A stretch of DNA of 64,000 nt from a virus. Its lineage: Duplodnaviria > Heunggongvirae > Uroviricota > Caudoviricetes. This document shows positions 18,449 through 27,898 of this stretch, one piece after another (position 1 is the first letter of the stretch; every line of letters begins with the position of its first letter). The stretch spans positions 52,033 to 116,032 of the IMG/VR virus record IMGVR_UViG_3300035698_013589; one strand, given 5' to 3'. Both the position numbers and the translations under genes were made by a program. The notes under the pieces were generated by a model. The model was not told the DNA's origin and searched no databases. It worked only from the letters and a program-made list of their open reading frames with translations.

Positions 18449-18540
18449 TTTTTTTTTCTTTAATCATGTGTTACTTTTCTTTGAATCAGGATAAAAAAGT
18501 AACACGGAAACATTTATATATTAGTTAGTATATCCTAATT
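18449..18540 (+). promoter_or_regulatory. leader module copy 7 (hairpin 18468-18505, TATA 18513-18520) followed by a second tandem promoter copy (TATA 18588-18595)
   Basis: sequence identity. Confidence 0.65.
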
Positions 18541-18671
18541 ATATGAATGGGATAACAAATAAAAAAATGGGATACACAAACGAAACATTTATATATTAGT
18601 TAGTATATCCTAATTACAACAAAGAAAAAAGTGTTTTTGGACACTCAAAAAATCCAAAGGTGGAAAATAAA

Positions 18672-19265
18672 ATGCGAAAAGAAATCATTGAAAAAACAAT
18701 TAAAAAGTTTGAAGAATTTTCAACAGAAGAGCAAGAAGAAATCATTGAAAATTACAGAGATATTAATACTGATTTCCAAGATTGGAACGATTATATATTA
18801 TCTGATTTTGTTGAATCAGTAAAAAAACAAACAGATTTAGAAATAGAGCCAAAAGATATTTTATGGGCAGTTGGTGATAGAAATGCTAAATTTGGGGTTT
18901 ATTCTAAAGTTATTATAAATCAATTAATCAGTAGATTTGAAGATAAAGGAGTTTACGATATTAATACTCCTGAAAAATTGGGTAGTTTTCTAAATCATTT
19001 AGGTGGTGGTATGTGTAACAAAAATAGCACAGAAACAGGGTTAGCAGACGTTTATTTTGAAGAGGATACAGATAAACAGGCAGACCAAAACAAAGCCGTT
19101 AAAGAGCAAATAAACGATATTATAGACACTATTATAGAGTTATGTAGTAAATATCACACACAGAACGAAGAAGCTTTTAATCATTCCATGAGTGATGAAG
19201 CCGTTAAGGATACTCTTATTGCTAATGAATATGAGTTTGAAGTAGAAACAAAGAGGATTTACTAA
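18672..19265 (+). CDS. acidic protein, tentatively ArdA-like antirestriction/DNA-mimic
   Basis: very acidic; DFQDWNDYILSDFVE resembles the FQDWEG region of ArdA N-domain; preceded by promoter, IR AGTGTttttggACACT and GGTGG RBS; track start at 18660 is GTG. Confidence 0.35.
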   Translation: MRKEIIEKTIKKFEEFSTEEQEEIIENYRDINTDFQDWNDYILSDFVESVKKQTDLEIEPKDILWAVGDRNAKFGVYSKVIINQLISRFEDKGVYDINTPEKLGSFLNHLGGGMCNKNSTETGLADVYFEEDTDKQADQNKAVKEQINDIIDTIIELCSKYHTQNEEAFNHSMSDEAVKDTLIANEYEFEVETKRIY

Positions 19266-19266
19266 A

Positions 19267-19512
19267 ATGGAATCTGATTATTTAAAAGACAAATTAAGAG
19301 AAATCAAAGATTTGCAGACCAAAGTTACAAGGAGTGATTTACAGGGTATTGTTATGGTTGAAGCAAAAAATCTGAACAAAGAAAAATCAGACGAAATTGA
19401 AAATATATTTTTACTTTTTTGTGATGAAGAACTTAATATCAATGAAGCAAAAAGGTATTTGTTGGATTTGGTGGATTTGTCAGTAATAGATAAATTACAG
19501 GTGGAAAAATGA
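19267..19512 (+). CDS. hypothetical protein
   Basis: ORF in track, ATGA-type coupling. Confidence 0.4.
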   Translation: MESDYLKDKLREIKDLQTKVTRSDLQGIVMVEAKNLNKEKSDEIENIFLLFCDEELNINEAKRYLLDLVDLSVIDKLQVEK

Positions 19513-19892
19513 AAATTGAAAAAGAAATGTTTAAGGATAGCCATTTTTTGATGGCTCAGGAAAAATATCAGATAGCAAAACACTTTCAAAGATTTGTGAA
19601 GAATGGATTTAAACCTAATGATTTTTTAAAAAGGGTTTATGAACATTTACATTTACATTGTGGATTTATTGCACACTATAATATCAATGGTTTTTATCAG
19701 ACATATTTTAATGGTAGTAAATCAGATTTGAGGACATTTGCAGAGCATTTTGTGAATCCTGAAAAACTCATGCCATTTGGAGATACATATAATAATTATG
19801 CAGTAAGTGGCGAATATGAGGACATTAACAAAGTTATAGCAGATATTTTGCTTGAAAACAATATATTGGAGATGATTCAAAATGAAAATTGA
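19509..19892 (+). CDS. hypothetical protein
   Basis: ORF in track. Confidence 0.4.
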   Translation: MKIEKEMFKDSHFLMAQEKYQIAKHFQRFVKNGFKPNDFLKRVYEHLHLHCGFIAHYNINGFYQTYFNGSKSDLRTFAEHFVNPEKLMPFGDTYNNYAVSGEYEDINKVIADILLENNILEMIQNEN

Positions 19893-20275
19893 TATTGAAA
19901 AGGCAAAAATCCATGCAAAAATAATGGAACATTTACAAAAATATTTCAAAGATTATGGAATGTTATCCAAAGATGATTTTTTGGGAATGATTATTCAAAG
20001 TGGTAAAGAAATCAAAGAGGAAAAGGACAATGAATAAACGAAAAGAAGAACGGATACAGGGGATTATAGACGACCTTTTAGAAGTGTTATCTTATGAAGA
20101 TTTGGAACAAAAACTCAAAGAAATTGCAGAGCATGAAGCAATTTCATTAAGAAGTTTAGAGGGCGAAAATGAAGATTGAAGAACTTGAAGAAAGGGAATT
20201 TATGGTAAATTCCAAAGGAAAAGTTTTGATAATTCAGGTAATGAATACAGGAACGAAAACGGAGAAATTGAGTAT

Positions 20276-20518
20276 TTGGATTCAGGAATGAAATTTAAAA
20301 TATTCTGTTATCAAAGAAGTTGTTATTTTGGAGATGATTCAGTTTTTGATTCATTGGAAGATATTAAAGAGCAATTAATATCTTATCACAGCAACGATTG
20401 GGAAGAGGACATAAAAGTATTGGAAAACATGGCTTTACATACACTTTTAGAATTTTTTGAGTGGGCTATACATGACGAATCAGAAAATCATATTGTTTTG
20501 ATTGGTGGAGATGAATAA
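20276..20518 (+). CDS. hypothetical acidic protein
   Basis: ORF in track. Confidence 0.35.
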   Translation: MDSGMKFKIFCYQRSCYFGDDSVFDSLEDIKEQLISYHSNDWEEDIKVLENMALHTLLEFFEWAIHDESENHIVLIGGDE

Positions 20519-20520
20519 AA

Positions 20521-21363
20521 ATGGAAATTGAAAAATTTAAAATAAGTATTGAGTTGTTAAAACGGCTTAATAACAGGAAATCAGAAGCACAAGAAATCAG
20601 GGGCAAAGCTATTGAAAAAGCACACACTAAAAAGTGGGAAAATGAAAGAAAAGTTCATCAGGTTTTTTATGATGAAGAAAGAAAAGCCAATGATATTTAT
20701 GAGAAGCTTGAAAAACAGATTGATTTTGAAAGTTCTTCTTATAGAGCCGACATTTTACAATACAACAGAGTTTTATCTTTCATGAAAATTGTAGAGGAAT
20801 CTATAAAAGAAAAACAAGATGTATCAGATTATGAAGTTTATCATTTTGATTATTTGAAAGATGAACAAGGACATAATGATTACTCACAGGAAAGACAGCA
20901 AGTAAACTATAAGGAAATTGGAACTCTTGAAGATAAGCACACTTTGAATATTAAAGTTTACATAACTGAAAACAGAAAACCAAAAAATAAGTTTTCTTTG
21001 ATTGTTGCAGGACGGAGTTTTTTCAATACTGATGTTATAGAAATTCCTTATGAATATGGTATAAATGCACATAATCATAATGCTAATATCTTTAAATTAG
21101 TAAGGGATATGCCGACAGAAAAATCATTAATTGCTTATTTTGAAAACAATAAGGACAAGATTTTAGCAGATTTCAGAAAAGAGCATACAAAACTTGATAC
21201 TGAATTTATCAATATTGTTGAAGAAGTCAAGGACAGCAAAGAGTGGCGAATTGCTTATCTTGAAAAAAGAAAAAGATACTTTGAAAATTCAGTATCAAAT
21301 CACACAGAAGAAAAGGAATATATCCACATTTTAAAATTCCTAAAGGAGTTGCAAGAATGTTAG
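20521..21363 (+). CDS. hypothetical protein
   Basis: 280-aa ORF, charged. Confidence 0.5.
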   Translation: MEIEKFKISIELLKRLNNRKSEAQEIRGKAIEKAHTKKWENERKVHQVFYDEERKANDIYEKLEKQIDFESSSYRADILQYNRVLSFMKIVEESIKEKQDVSDYEVYHFDYLKDEQGHNDYSQERQQVNYKEIGTLEDKHTLNIKVYITENRKPKNKFSLIVAGRSFFNTDVIEIPYEYGINAHNHNANIFKLVRDMPTEKSLIAYFENNKDKILADFRKEHTKLDTEFINIVEEVKDSKEWRIAYLEKRKRYFENSVSNHTEEKEYIHILKFLKELQEC

Positions 21364-21847
21364 AAATTATAAAATCAGTCAGGATTTGCGACACCTTTAA
21401 TCTATCTTTAGTTAGATTTGACAGCACACAAGGTTATGAGGTGCAATATAGTAATGATGACACAATATTAGACACAGACGGAATTTACAGCACTAAAAGA
21501 AGTGGACTAATAGCATTCAATGATTTTTTAAAATCATTAATCAAGGTGGTGGAACAATGAAAGTAAGCCAATTAATTCAGGAACTCCAAAAGGTAAAAAA
21601 CAAAGATGTAGAGGTTTACATTTTTGTAGGAGATGAAGCACAGATTAACAGCGAAATAATGCCTATTGACATGGTGGACGACAGCATGGACGATAGAGTA
21701 GATTTGAATATGGGGTTTTAAAGATGACAAAATTTGATAGCAGATTAAAGGAAAATATTGACGAATGGTTTGAGTTGAGAAAAGTCATGAGTAAAGACGA
21801 TTACAATATGATAAGAAGTTTTACACATAAGACGGAGAACAAATAAA

Positions 21848-22429
21848 ATGGGATACGAAACGACAGCACTATTTATTTCAGGTGGATACAGAAAAGAAGG
21901 ACACAAAGGATATTGTGGAGTAGAAGCCACTCTTGAAATGGGCAAAATTGCTTATGGGGAACTTCATGAATTAATGAAAAAATATACACTTCCAAAAGAA
22001 GAAAAAGACCAAATTAACAAAGAATTAGAGCAATATAAAACACAACATAAATATTGTTTTACAGCAGAGGGCGATTACACAGAAGCACTTAATGACATGA
22101 CAGAAGCACAAAAGAAAGTTCAGATTAATAAATTGAATAGGTTTGAAAAAGTTTTAGATAAAAAACTTCCTTATGTTTATCATGGCGACCACAACAAACA
22201 ACAATATGAGGATTGTTACGGAGATATTTTATTGGTTGTTGGACTTGAAGAATTAAAAATTGCAGTTATCAAAGAACAAGCAAGATTAATCACTAAAGGC
22301 GATTATGTGTTTGGATATAGACGATTTAATATTATCTTGAAAATGATTGAGGAATTTTCAGATGTTAAACAATGGGGAAGTTCAAAGATTGTAAAAGATA
22401 AAATAAAAGTAGTTTTGTGGGGGCATTAG
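21848..22429 (+). CDS. hypothetical protein
   Basis: ORF in track. Confidence 0.5.
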   Translation: MGYETTALFISGGYRKEGHKGYCGVEATLEMGKIAYGELHELMKKYTLPKEEKDQINKELEQYKTQHKYCFTAEGDYTEALNDMTEAQKKVQINKLNRFEKVLDKKLPYVYHGDHNKQQYEDCYGDILLVVGLEELKIAVIKEQARLITKGDYVFGYRRFNIILKMIEEFSDVKQWGSSKIVKDKIKVVLWGH

Positions 22430-22432
22430 AAA

Positions 22433-22633
22433 ATGGCAGAAAAAAATATACATAATTATGAAGCAGATGTTAGCAAAATAGATTCAAAATGTTTGTTATG
22501 CAAAACAAAAATCACAGACACAGAATTTGAATATGAAGATTATTTTATTGTATTCAGAGGATTTACAAAAGAATGTGTTGAGGGTTTTATTTGTTTCAAA
22601 TGTTTAAAAGAATCCATGAGGTTAAAAAAATGA
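22433..22633 (+). CDS. small zinc-ribbon protein (CLLC...CFKC)
   Basis: paired CxxC motifs. Confidence 0.45.
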   Translation: MAEKNIHNYEADVSKIDSKCLLCKTKITDTEFEYEDYFIVFRGFTKECVEGFICFKCLKESMRLKK

Positions 22634-22833
22634 ATATGTTTGAACAATTAAGTAAGGAAATAGTAGTTTTTTGCAAGAATCCAAAAAACTCACATCAAAA
22701 ATGTGTAGAGTTTGTTCAGTATGAATTATATTTACGAACAATAAGCAAGAACTATTTACAAGAAATAGCAAGACAACGAGAGCCAAAAGGCGATATAATC
22801 TTCCATGAAGAAGATAAAAGATTGGGGAAATGA
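22630..22833 (+). CDS. hypothetical protein
   Basis: ATGA overlap with upstream stop. Confidence 0.4.
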   Translation: MNMFEQLSKEIVVFCKNPKNSHQKCVEFVQYELYLRTISKNYLQEIARQREPKGDIIFHEEDKRLGK

Positions 22834-22836
22834 AAA

Positions 22837-23265
22837 ATGGGAACAAGAAGCACAACAAAAATATATCAGGAATTTGAAGATAAACATTTAGAAGATGGCG
22901 ACGACAGAACCGAATTAGTATTATCACTCTATAAACAGATGGACGGATATACTGATGGTTGGGGTCAAGAATTAAAAGATTTCATTGAAAAATGTATTAT
23001 TGTTAATGGGTTTAATGATAGTAAACGAAAGGACGACAAAATTTTATGTAACGGAGTAGGTTGTTTTGCATTACAATTAGTGAAAGAATTTAAGGACGGC
23101 ACAGGAAATTTATACGCAACAGGCAAAGACGATTCACAGCAATATAATTATGAATTAACTTTTGTTTCAAAAGATGGAAAATTTACAGAACTTAAATTTG
23201 TTTGTCTTGAAGAATCAGCGTTTAATCATGATTACAAAATTGCAGATGATGGAGTAGTAAATTAA
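22837..23265 (+). CDS. hypothetical protein
   Basis: ORF in track. Confidence 0.45.
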   Translation: MGTRSTTKIYQEFEDKHLEDGDDRTELVLSLYKQMDGYTDGWGQELKDFIEKCIIVNGFNDSKRKDDKILCNGVGCFALQLVKEFKDGTGNLYATGKDDSQQYNYELTFVSKDGKFTELKFVCLEESAFNHDYKIADDGVVN

Positions 23266-23274
23266 TAATTTAAG

Positions 23275-23547
23275 GTGAATACAATGACAGAAAAAGAACA
23301 AATAACAATCTCAAAAGACAAGTTAGTCTTATTGAGCAAACTACTAAAAGAAATTAAAGCTGTATATAAAGATGTTGAGGGTAAGGAATTACTTTCTTAT
23401 AAATACAAAACTCAGCGACGGATTGTAGAGACTTTTTTTGAAGAAAAACAGATTGATGATTTTATCAATAATCTTAAAGATAGATTATACAAAGCAAAAA
23501 TTAAATCACAGATAAAAGGAGAAATAAAAAATGACAAAGCCGTTTGA
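23275..23547 (+). CDS. hypothetical protein
   Basis: GGTG RBS. Confidence 0.4.
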   Translation: MNTMTEKEQITISKDKLVLLSKLLKEIKAVYKDVEGKELLSYKYKTQRRIVETFFEEKQIDDFINNLKDRLYKAKIKSQIKGEIKNDKAV

Positions 23548-23779
23548 AGTAGGAGACAGGATTTATGGTTTTTGTAATGGTTTCTTTGGTAGAGATTGTT
23601 ATGATAACAAAATTTGCATATTTGCTAATGATAGATACGCAGTTTTTGAAGATTTAGATGATGGATTTGCAAGAGCATTAAATTACCCATCAGAAGAAGA
23701 ATCAAAAGAAAAATGGGGAGATGAAAAATATTTTTTCAATGCTTGTCAGGAATGGAAAAATCAAGAGGAATCAGAATGA
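23531..23779 (+). CDS. hypothetical protein
   Basis: AAGGAG RBS. Confidence 0.4.
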   Translation: MTKPFEVGDRIYGFCNGFFGRDCYDNKICIFANDRYAVFEDLDDGFARALNYPSEEESKEKWGDEKYFFNACQEWKNQEESE

Positions 23780-23924
23780 TTTGTCAAGATTGTGCAGACA
23801 ATGTAGAACACCACATAACAGGGTTATGTTTACATTGTAGAGAAGAAAAAATCAAGGAGTTAGAAGCCCAAATAAAAGAACTTAGTTTATGATTTTGGGA
23901 TAAAACAATGAAAAATAGGATAAA

Positions 23925-24022
23925 TATAACGAAACATTTATATATTAGTTAGTATATCCTAATTACATCAAAGAAAAAAAGTGTTATTGAACACTAAAAA
24001 AATATCAATGGGGAAAAATAAA
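23925..24022 (+). promoter_or_regulatory. promoter (TATA 23937-23944) plus IR AGTGTT-attg-AACACT (23980-23995) leader
   Basis: same architecture as leader before 18672. Confidence 0.6.
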
Positions 24023-24517
24023 ATGGAAATAAAAAAAGCAGAAAAATTGGCAAAAGAACTTATTGCCGAACATTGCCCTGAATATGCATTTCAGTTTGAC
24101 AATGCCAAAGTTAGATTTGGTTATTGCAGTTGGCGAAAAAAACTAATTTCTTTATCAAGATATTTGGTTTTGTTGAATGACGAGCCAAAAGTATTAGATA
24201 CAATATTACATGAGATAGCCCACGCCTTAACAAAAGGTGAAGGACACAACAGAATATGGAGAGCAAAAGCTATTCAGTTGGGTTGTGATGGGCATAGATG
24301 TTATGACAGCAAGGAAGTAAATTACATCAAAGGCAAATTTGTTTATCAATGCCCAGCTTGTAAAAAACAATTTTATTATCATAGAAAAAAAAGAAGAAAA
24401 ACAGCTTGTGGCGATTGTTGTAATAAATTTAATTTCGGAAAATACTCAACTGATTTTCAGATGGTCTTTTTAGGAATCAAAAAACAGGATAATGTGGGTG
24501 GTATCAATGAATCTTAA
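24023..24517 (+). CDS. SprT-like zinc metalloprotease
   Basis: HEIAHAL (HExxH) plus C-terminal Cys cluster (CPACKK...CGDCC); track start 23981 is a GTG inside the leader IR. Confidence 0.65.
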   Translation: MEIKKAEKLAKELIAEHCPEYAFQFDNAKVRFGYCSWRKKLISLSRYLVLLNDEPKVLDTILHEIAHALTKGEGHNRIWRAKAIQLGCDGHRCYDSKEVNYIKGKFVYQCPACKKQFYYHRKKRRKTACGDCCNKFNFGKYSTDFQMVFLGIKKQDNVGGINES

Positions 24518-25010
24518 ACAAGTAGGTGGCGATATATCATATAAACAATATGGTGGTATTTTTGCGACTAAAAAACAGAACAATTCAGACTTTGATTATT
24601 GGCTTTTTGTTGAGTTAATCAATATGGAAGAAGCGACAGGCGAAACAGATAACGGCACATACATGATTACAATTAAAGCTGTAAGCCCATCAGAGCCATC
24701 TGAGGACACTAAAAAAAGTGCAATGGAATGTTTAGGGCTTGATGAAGAAGTGCCTGAAATGAGCAAAATTAAGCCGTTTAAGATGGCTAAAATCTTGAAT
24801 GAATACGGCACAGGGGCAGTTGTGTATAGTGAGATGGGTAATAATGCCGATAAACTATTCAAATTAGCAAGAGAAGAATGTGAAAAAATCCCAATGTTGT
24901 TTGGTTTTTATATGGATAGACAGCAAAACATGATAGGAAATACAGGGTGGGATTTTATCAAAGGAGAAATAGGATTTAAAAAATTAACAGGTGAAAACAA
25001 TGAAAACTGA
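24507..25010 (+). CDS. hypothetical protein
   Basis: ORF in track (start ambiguous 24492/24507). Confidence 0.4.
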   Translation: MNLKQVGGDISYKQYGGIFATKKQNNSDFDYWLFVELINMEEATGETDNGTYMITIKAVSPSEPSEDTKKSAMECLGLDEEVPEMSKIKPFKMAKILNEYGTGAVVYSEMGNNADKLFKLAREECEKIPMLFGFYMDRQQNMIGNTGWDFIKGEIGFKKLTGENNEN

Positions 25011-26103
25011 ACAAAAAATGAATGTTATATTTAAAGATAGTGAGAATGTGAGATACGATATTGATATTGAAATCACTCACAGAAACGGATACCCTGAATT
25101 TTCAATGTCAGGACAAGGAAACGGCAGTTGTGGTCAATGCGATACTGGTATAAAACCATCAAATAAGGCACAAAAAGAATTGCTTGATGTTTGGACTGAA
25201 TACCATTTAAACGGCATGAATGCAGGAACTCCAAAGCAGTCAGCGAAACTTAAAGACATGAAAGAATCTTATGAATATGATAGGGCTTGTAGTTTTCTGA
25301 ATAGTTTTAGTCCTGATGGTAAACCGATTTCAGCTTATGATTTAAAAAATATTGAATCAGAAAGGGAAGAACTTAAAACAAAAATTTCAGACCTTAACAG
25401 CGAGTTGTTTATTCTTCAAGAACAAGAGCCAATACATAAAGCTAAATGGAGAAGTGGTGGCGATTGGGTTATTATTAAAGACCTTGATGTTAAAGAGTGT
25501 TGTCATACTGATTTGAAGCGAAATCAACTATTCAAAAAGTTAAATTTAATCAGAACTAAAAGACTTGAAGTTTTAAATAAAGAATTTGAAACAGCAAACG
25601 AAAAAACAATGCTTTTTGATAGACAAGAGGACGGCACATTATACCAATATGGTCATGGGTGGATTAAGAAAGATTTACCTAAAACACTTTGGGCAGATGT
25701 TAAAAAATTGGTTAAGAAAATTGAAGATATTGAAGAAGCCAATAAAAAAACTGGTGGCTCTTGGGATAACATTTCAGATGATAAAATCATTCAACTTGGT
25801 AAACATTTGGAACTTGAACCATCAGAAGCAGAGGAAGATATTGAAGAATCATCAGACGGAATTTACTCCTATTGTGGAACTGAATATCATGTTTTAACAG
25901 ATAATGAAGCATACGATAAAGCAATGGATTATTTGGGAGATGAATTATGGCAGATGGCAGTTTCAGATGGACGGACAGAATTAGGCATGAAAGAATGGTG
26001 CGAAATGGTTATTGATACCGACGGATACGGAAGTATTCTTAATGGTTGGGACGGCTCAAAAGACGATTCAGAAAATGGCGAATATGTCATCATGAGGTGT
26101 TAA
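24991..26103 (+). CDS. hypothetical protein (370 aa)
   Basis: ORF in track. Confidence 0.5.
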   Translation: MKTMKTEQKMNVIFKDSENVRYDIDIEITHRNGYPEFSMSGQGNGSCGQCDTGIKPSNKAQKELLDVWTEYHLNGMNAGTPKQSAKLKDMKESYEYDRACSFLNSFSPDGKPISAYDLKNIESEREELKTKISDLNSELFILQEQEPIHKAKWRSGGDWVIIKDLDVKECCHTDLKRNQLFKKLNLIRTKRLEVLNKEFETANEKTMLFDRQEDGTLYQYGHGWIKKDLPKTLWADVKKLVKKIEDIEEANKKTGGSWDNISDDKIIQLGKHLELEPSEAEEDIEESSDGIYSYCGTEYHVLTDNEAYDKAMDYLGDELWQMAVSDGRTELGMKEWCEMVIDTDGYGSILNGWDGSKDDSENGEYVIMRC

Positions 26104-26229
26104 AATGGCGAATAAATGTTCAATATGTGGGAAAAATATGGTATCAGGACGAAAACATCAACCAACAGGAGAATTGATTTGTGATTCTCAGAATTGTTGG
26201 AGTGAATGGTTTATCAATAATACTAATCA

Positions 26230-26520
26230 ATGGGGGCGAATGTGATGAAAGAAGTAGATGAAGAACGAATCAGAGAAATTGTTTCAGAAGAACTTGAGGG
26301 TTCAATTTTTCAATGTTTTAAAGATGAAATCAAAGACTTAATTAAAACAATGATTGAGGACGGAGATTTTGACAAATTAAAAGAAGAAATGATTGAAGAA
26401 TCAAAAGACGAAATTGTTGATGCAGTTAGAGAGGACATTCCAATGTTAGATGTGTTTGAACAACATTTCAGATTGAACAACGGAACATTACATTTAGAAA
26501 ATGTGAGGATTGAAGATTAA
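26230..26520 (+). CDS. hypothetical acidic protein
   Basis: ORF in track. Confidence 0.4.
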   Translation: MGANVMKEVDEERIREIVSEELEGSIFQCFKDEIKDLIKTMIEDGDFDKLKEEMIEESKDEIVDAVREDIPMLDVFEQHFRLNNGTLHLENVRIED

Positions 26521-26932
26521 AATGGGATTAGATATGTATTTATCAGCAAAAGTGTATCTTTCTTCTCATATTCAAGAAGAAAAAACAGCAAGGAAAGAAA
26601 TCATAAAATTGTTTCCTGAGTTTGCGAACCTTAAAGTTACAAATGTAACATTTGCATTAGGGTATTGGCGAAAAGCTTATGCTATTCATGATTGGTTTGT
26701 AGAAATTATTGGGTGGGAAGACGATTACACAAGTGTTGATTTAAAGCAGTTGGAAGAATTAAAATCATTATGTGAACAGGTCATAAAAGACCCATCAAAA
26801 GCAAAAGAATTATTGCCGATTGAAGATAATGATTACAACAAATATTATTTTGATGATTTGAAAGAAACCATCAAGATTGTAGATGAAGCATTGAGTTTAC
26901 CTGAATGTCAATTCATCTACTTTGCAGGATAA
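26510..26932 (+). CDS. hypothetical protein
   Basis: ORF in track. Confidence 0.4.
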   Translation: MKIKMGLDMYLSAKVYLSSHIQEEKTARKEIIKLFPEFANLKVTNVTFALGYWRKAYAIHDWFVEIIGWEDDYTSVDLKQLEELKSLCEQVIKDPSKAKELLPIEDNDYNKYYFDDLKETIKIVDEALSLPECQFIYFAG

Positions 26933-26949
26933 TTGGGGGAAAAAAGAAA

Positions 26950-27561
26950 ATGCCAAACTGGTGCAATAACTCTATATGGGTTAAAGGAAAAATTGAAGAT
27001 TTAGAGAAGTTAAAAACTTTTGTTAAAGGAGAGAAAACTTGTTTTGATTTAGAGAAAGTTATACCATTAACAGATACACATAACAAATCAAAAGTTTTAT
27101 GGGATAAACTTTCCAAAGAAGAACAAAAGGAAAAATGGGATAACGATTTTGAACATTTTTGGTTTAATGTTGGAAAAGGTCATGGTTGGTGTGCAGAGCA
27201 TTGGGGAACTAAATGGAATACTGAATGTGAAGAGCCAAGAGATTACAAAGATGGAATCATATATGGTTTTGAAACGGCATGGTCGCCATGCGAACCAGTT
27301 GTTAAAAAACTTATTGAGATGTTTCCAAATTTAGAATTTACCCATGAATATGACGAATGTGGAATGGAATTTGGGGGAATACTTGCAGGTAAAAATGGAG
27401 AAATCACAGATGAAAGAACATGGGAAACTGAAAGTTTTGATTGCCCTGAATGTGAGCATTGGATTAACTTACCAAAAACAGATGAAGATGAAATAGAATG
27501 CGACGATTGTGGTCATAAATTCATGAGAAATGAGGTAGATAAAGATGACGGCGATAACTAA
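26950..27561 (+). CDS. hypothetical protein with C-terminal zinc ribbon (CPEC...CDDC)
   Basis: GGGGG RBS then ATG at 26950 (MPNW...); WGTKWN motif. Confidence 0.5.
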   Translation: MPNWCNNSIWVKGKIEDLEKLKTFVKGEKTCFDLEKVIPLTDTHNKSKVLWDKLSKEEQKEKWDNDFEHFWFNVGKGHGWCAEHWGTKWNTECEEPRDYKDGIIYGFETAWSPCEPVVKKLIEMFPNLEFTHEYDECGMEFGGILAGKNGEITDERTWETESFDCPECEHWINLPKTDEDEIECDDCGHKFMRNEVDKDDGDN

Positions 27562-27898
27562 AAGACAGGTTGGAACAATATTAAGACGGCTTGGAAAGAA
27601 GTTAAATTTTGATTATTATTCAGGATTTACTTGTTGTAATAGTTGTTTCACAGCAGAATTGCCTGAAAATAAGCCGTATGTTTACATGAAACATGGGCTT
27701 AAAGGCATGAATTATACATCATCAAAGCAGTTTAACGAGCAGAATGATTGGTATTTAGCTTACGATTTGCCTGATTACATGAAAGTGTTTAAGGCATTTA
27801 AACAAGAAGCAGAAAAAATTGGAAAAACAAAAGTCATGATTCCTGAATCAAGCAGTAAATGTTTGGCAATAATAAGGAATGGAGATGAAAAAAAATGA
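27545..27898 (+). CDS. hypothetical protein
   Basis: ORF in track. Confidence 0.4.
   Translation: MTAITKRQVGTILRRLGKKLNFDYYSGFTCCNSCFTAELPENKPYVYMKHGLKGMNYTSSKQFNEQNDWYLAYDLPDYMKVFKAFKQEAEKIGKTKVMIPESSSKCLAIIRNGDEKK

Noticed and set aside
18092-24023. TTG/GTG starts used by the track at 18092, 18660 and 23981
   Set aside because: ATG codons 6-42 nt downstream sit at canonical spacing from RBS-like GGTGG/GAGG motifs. The alternative starts lie inside regulatory palindromes.
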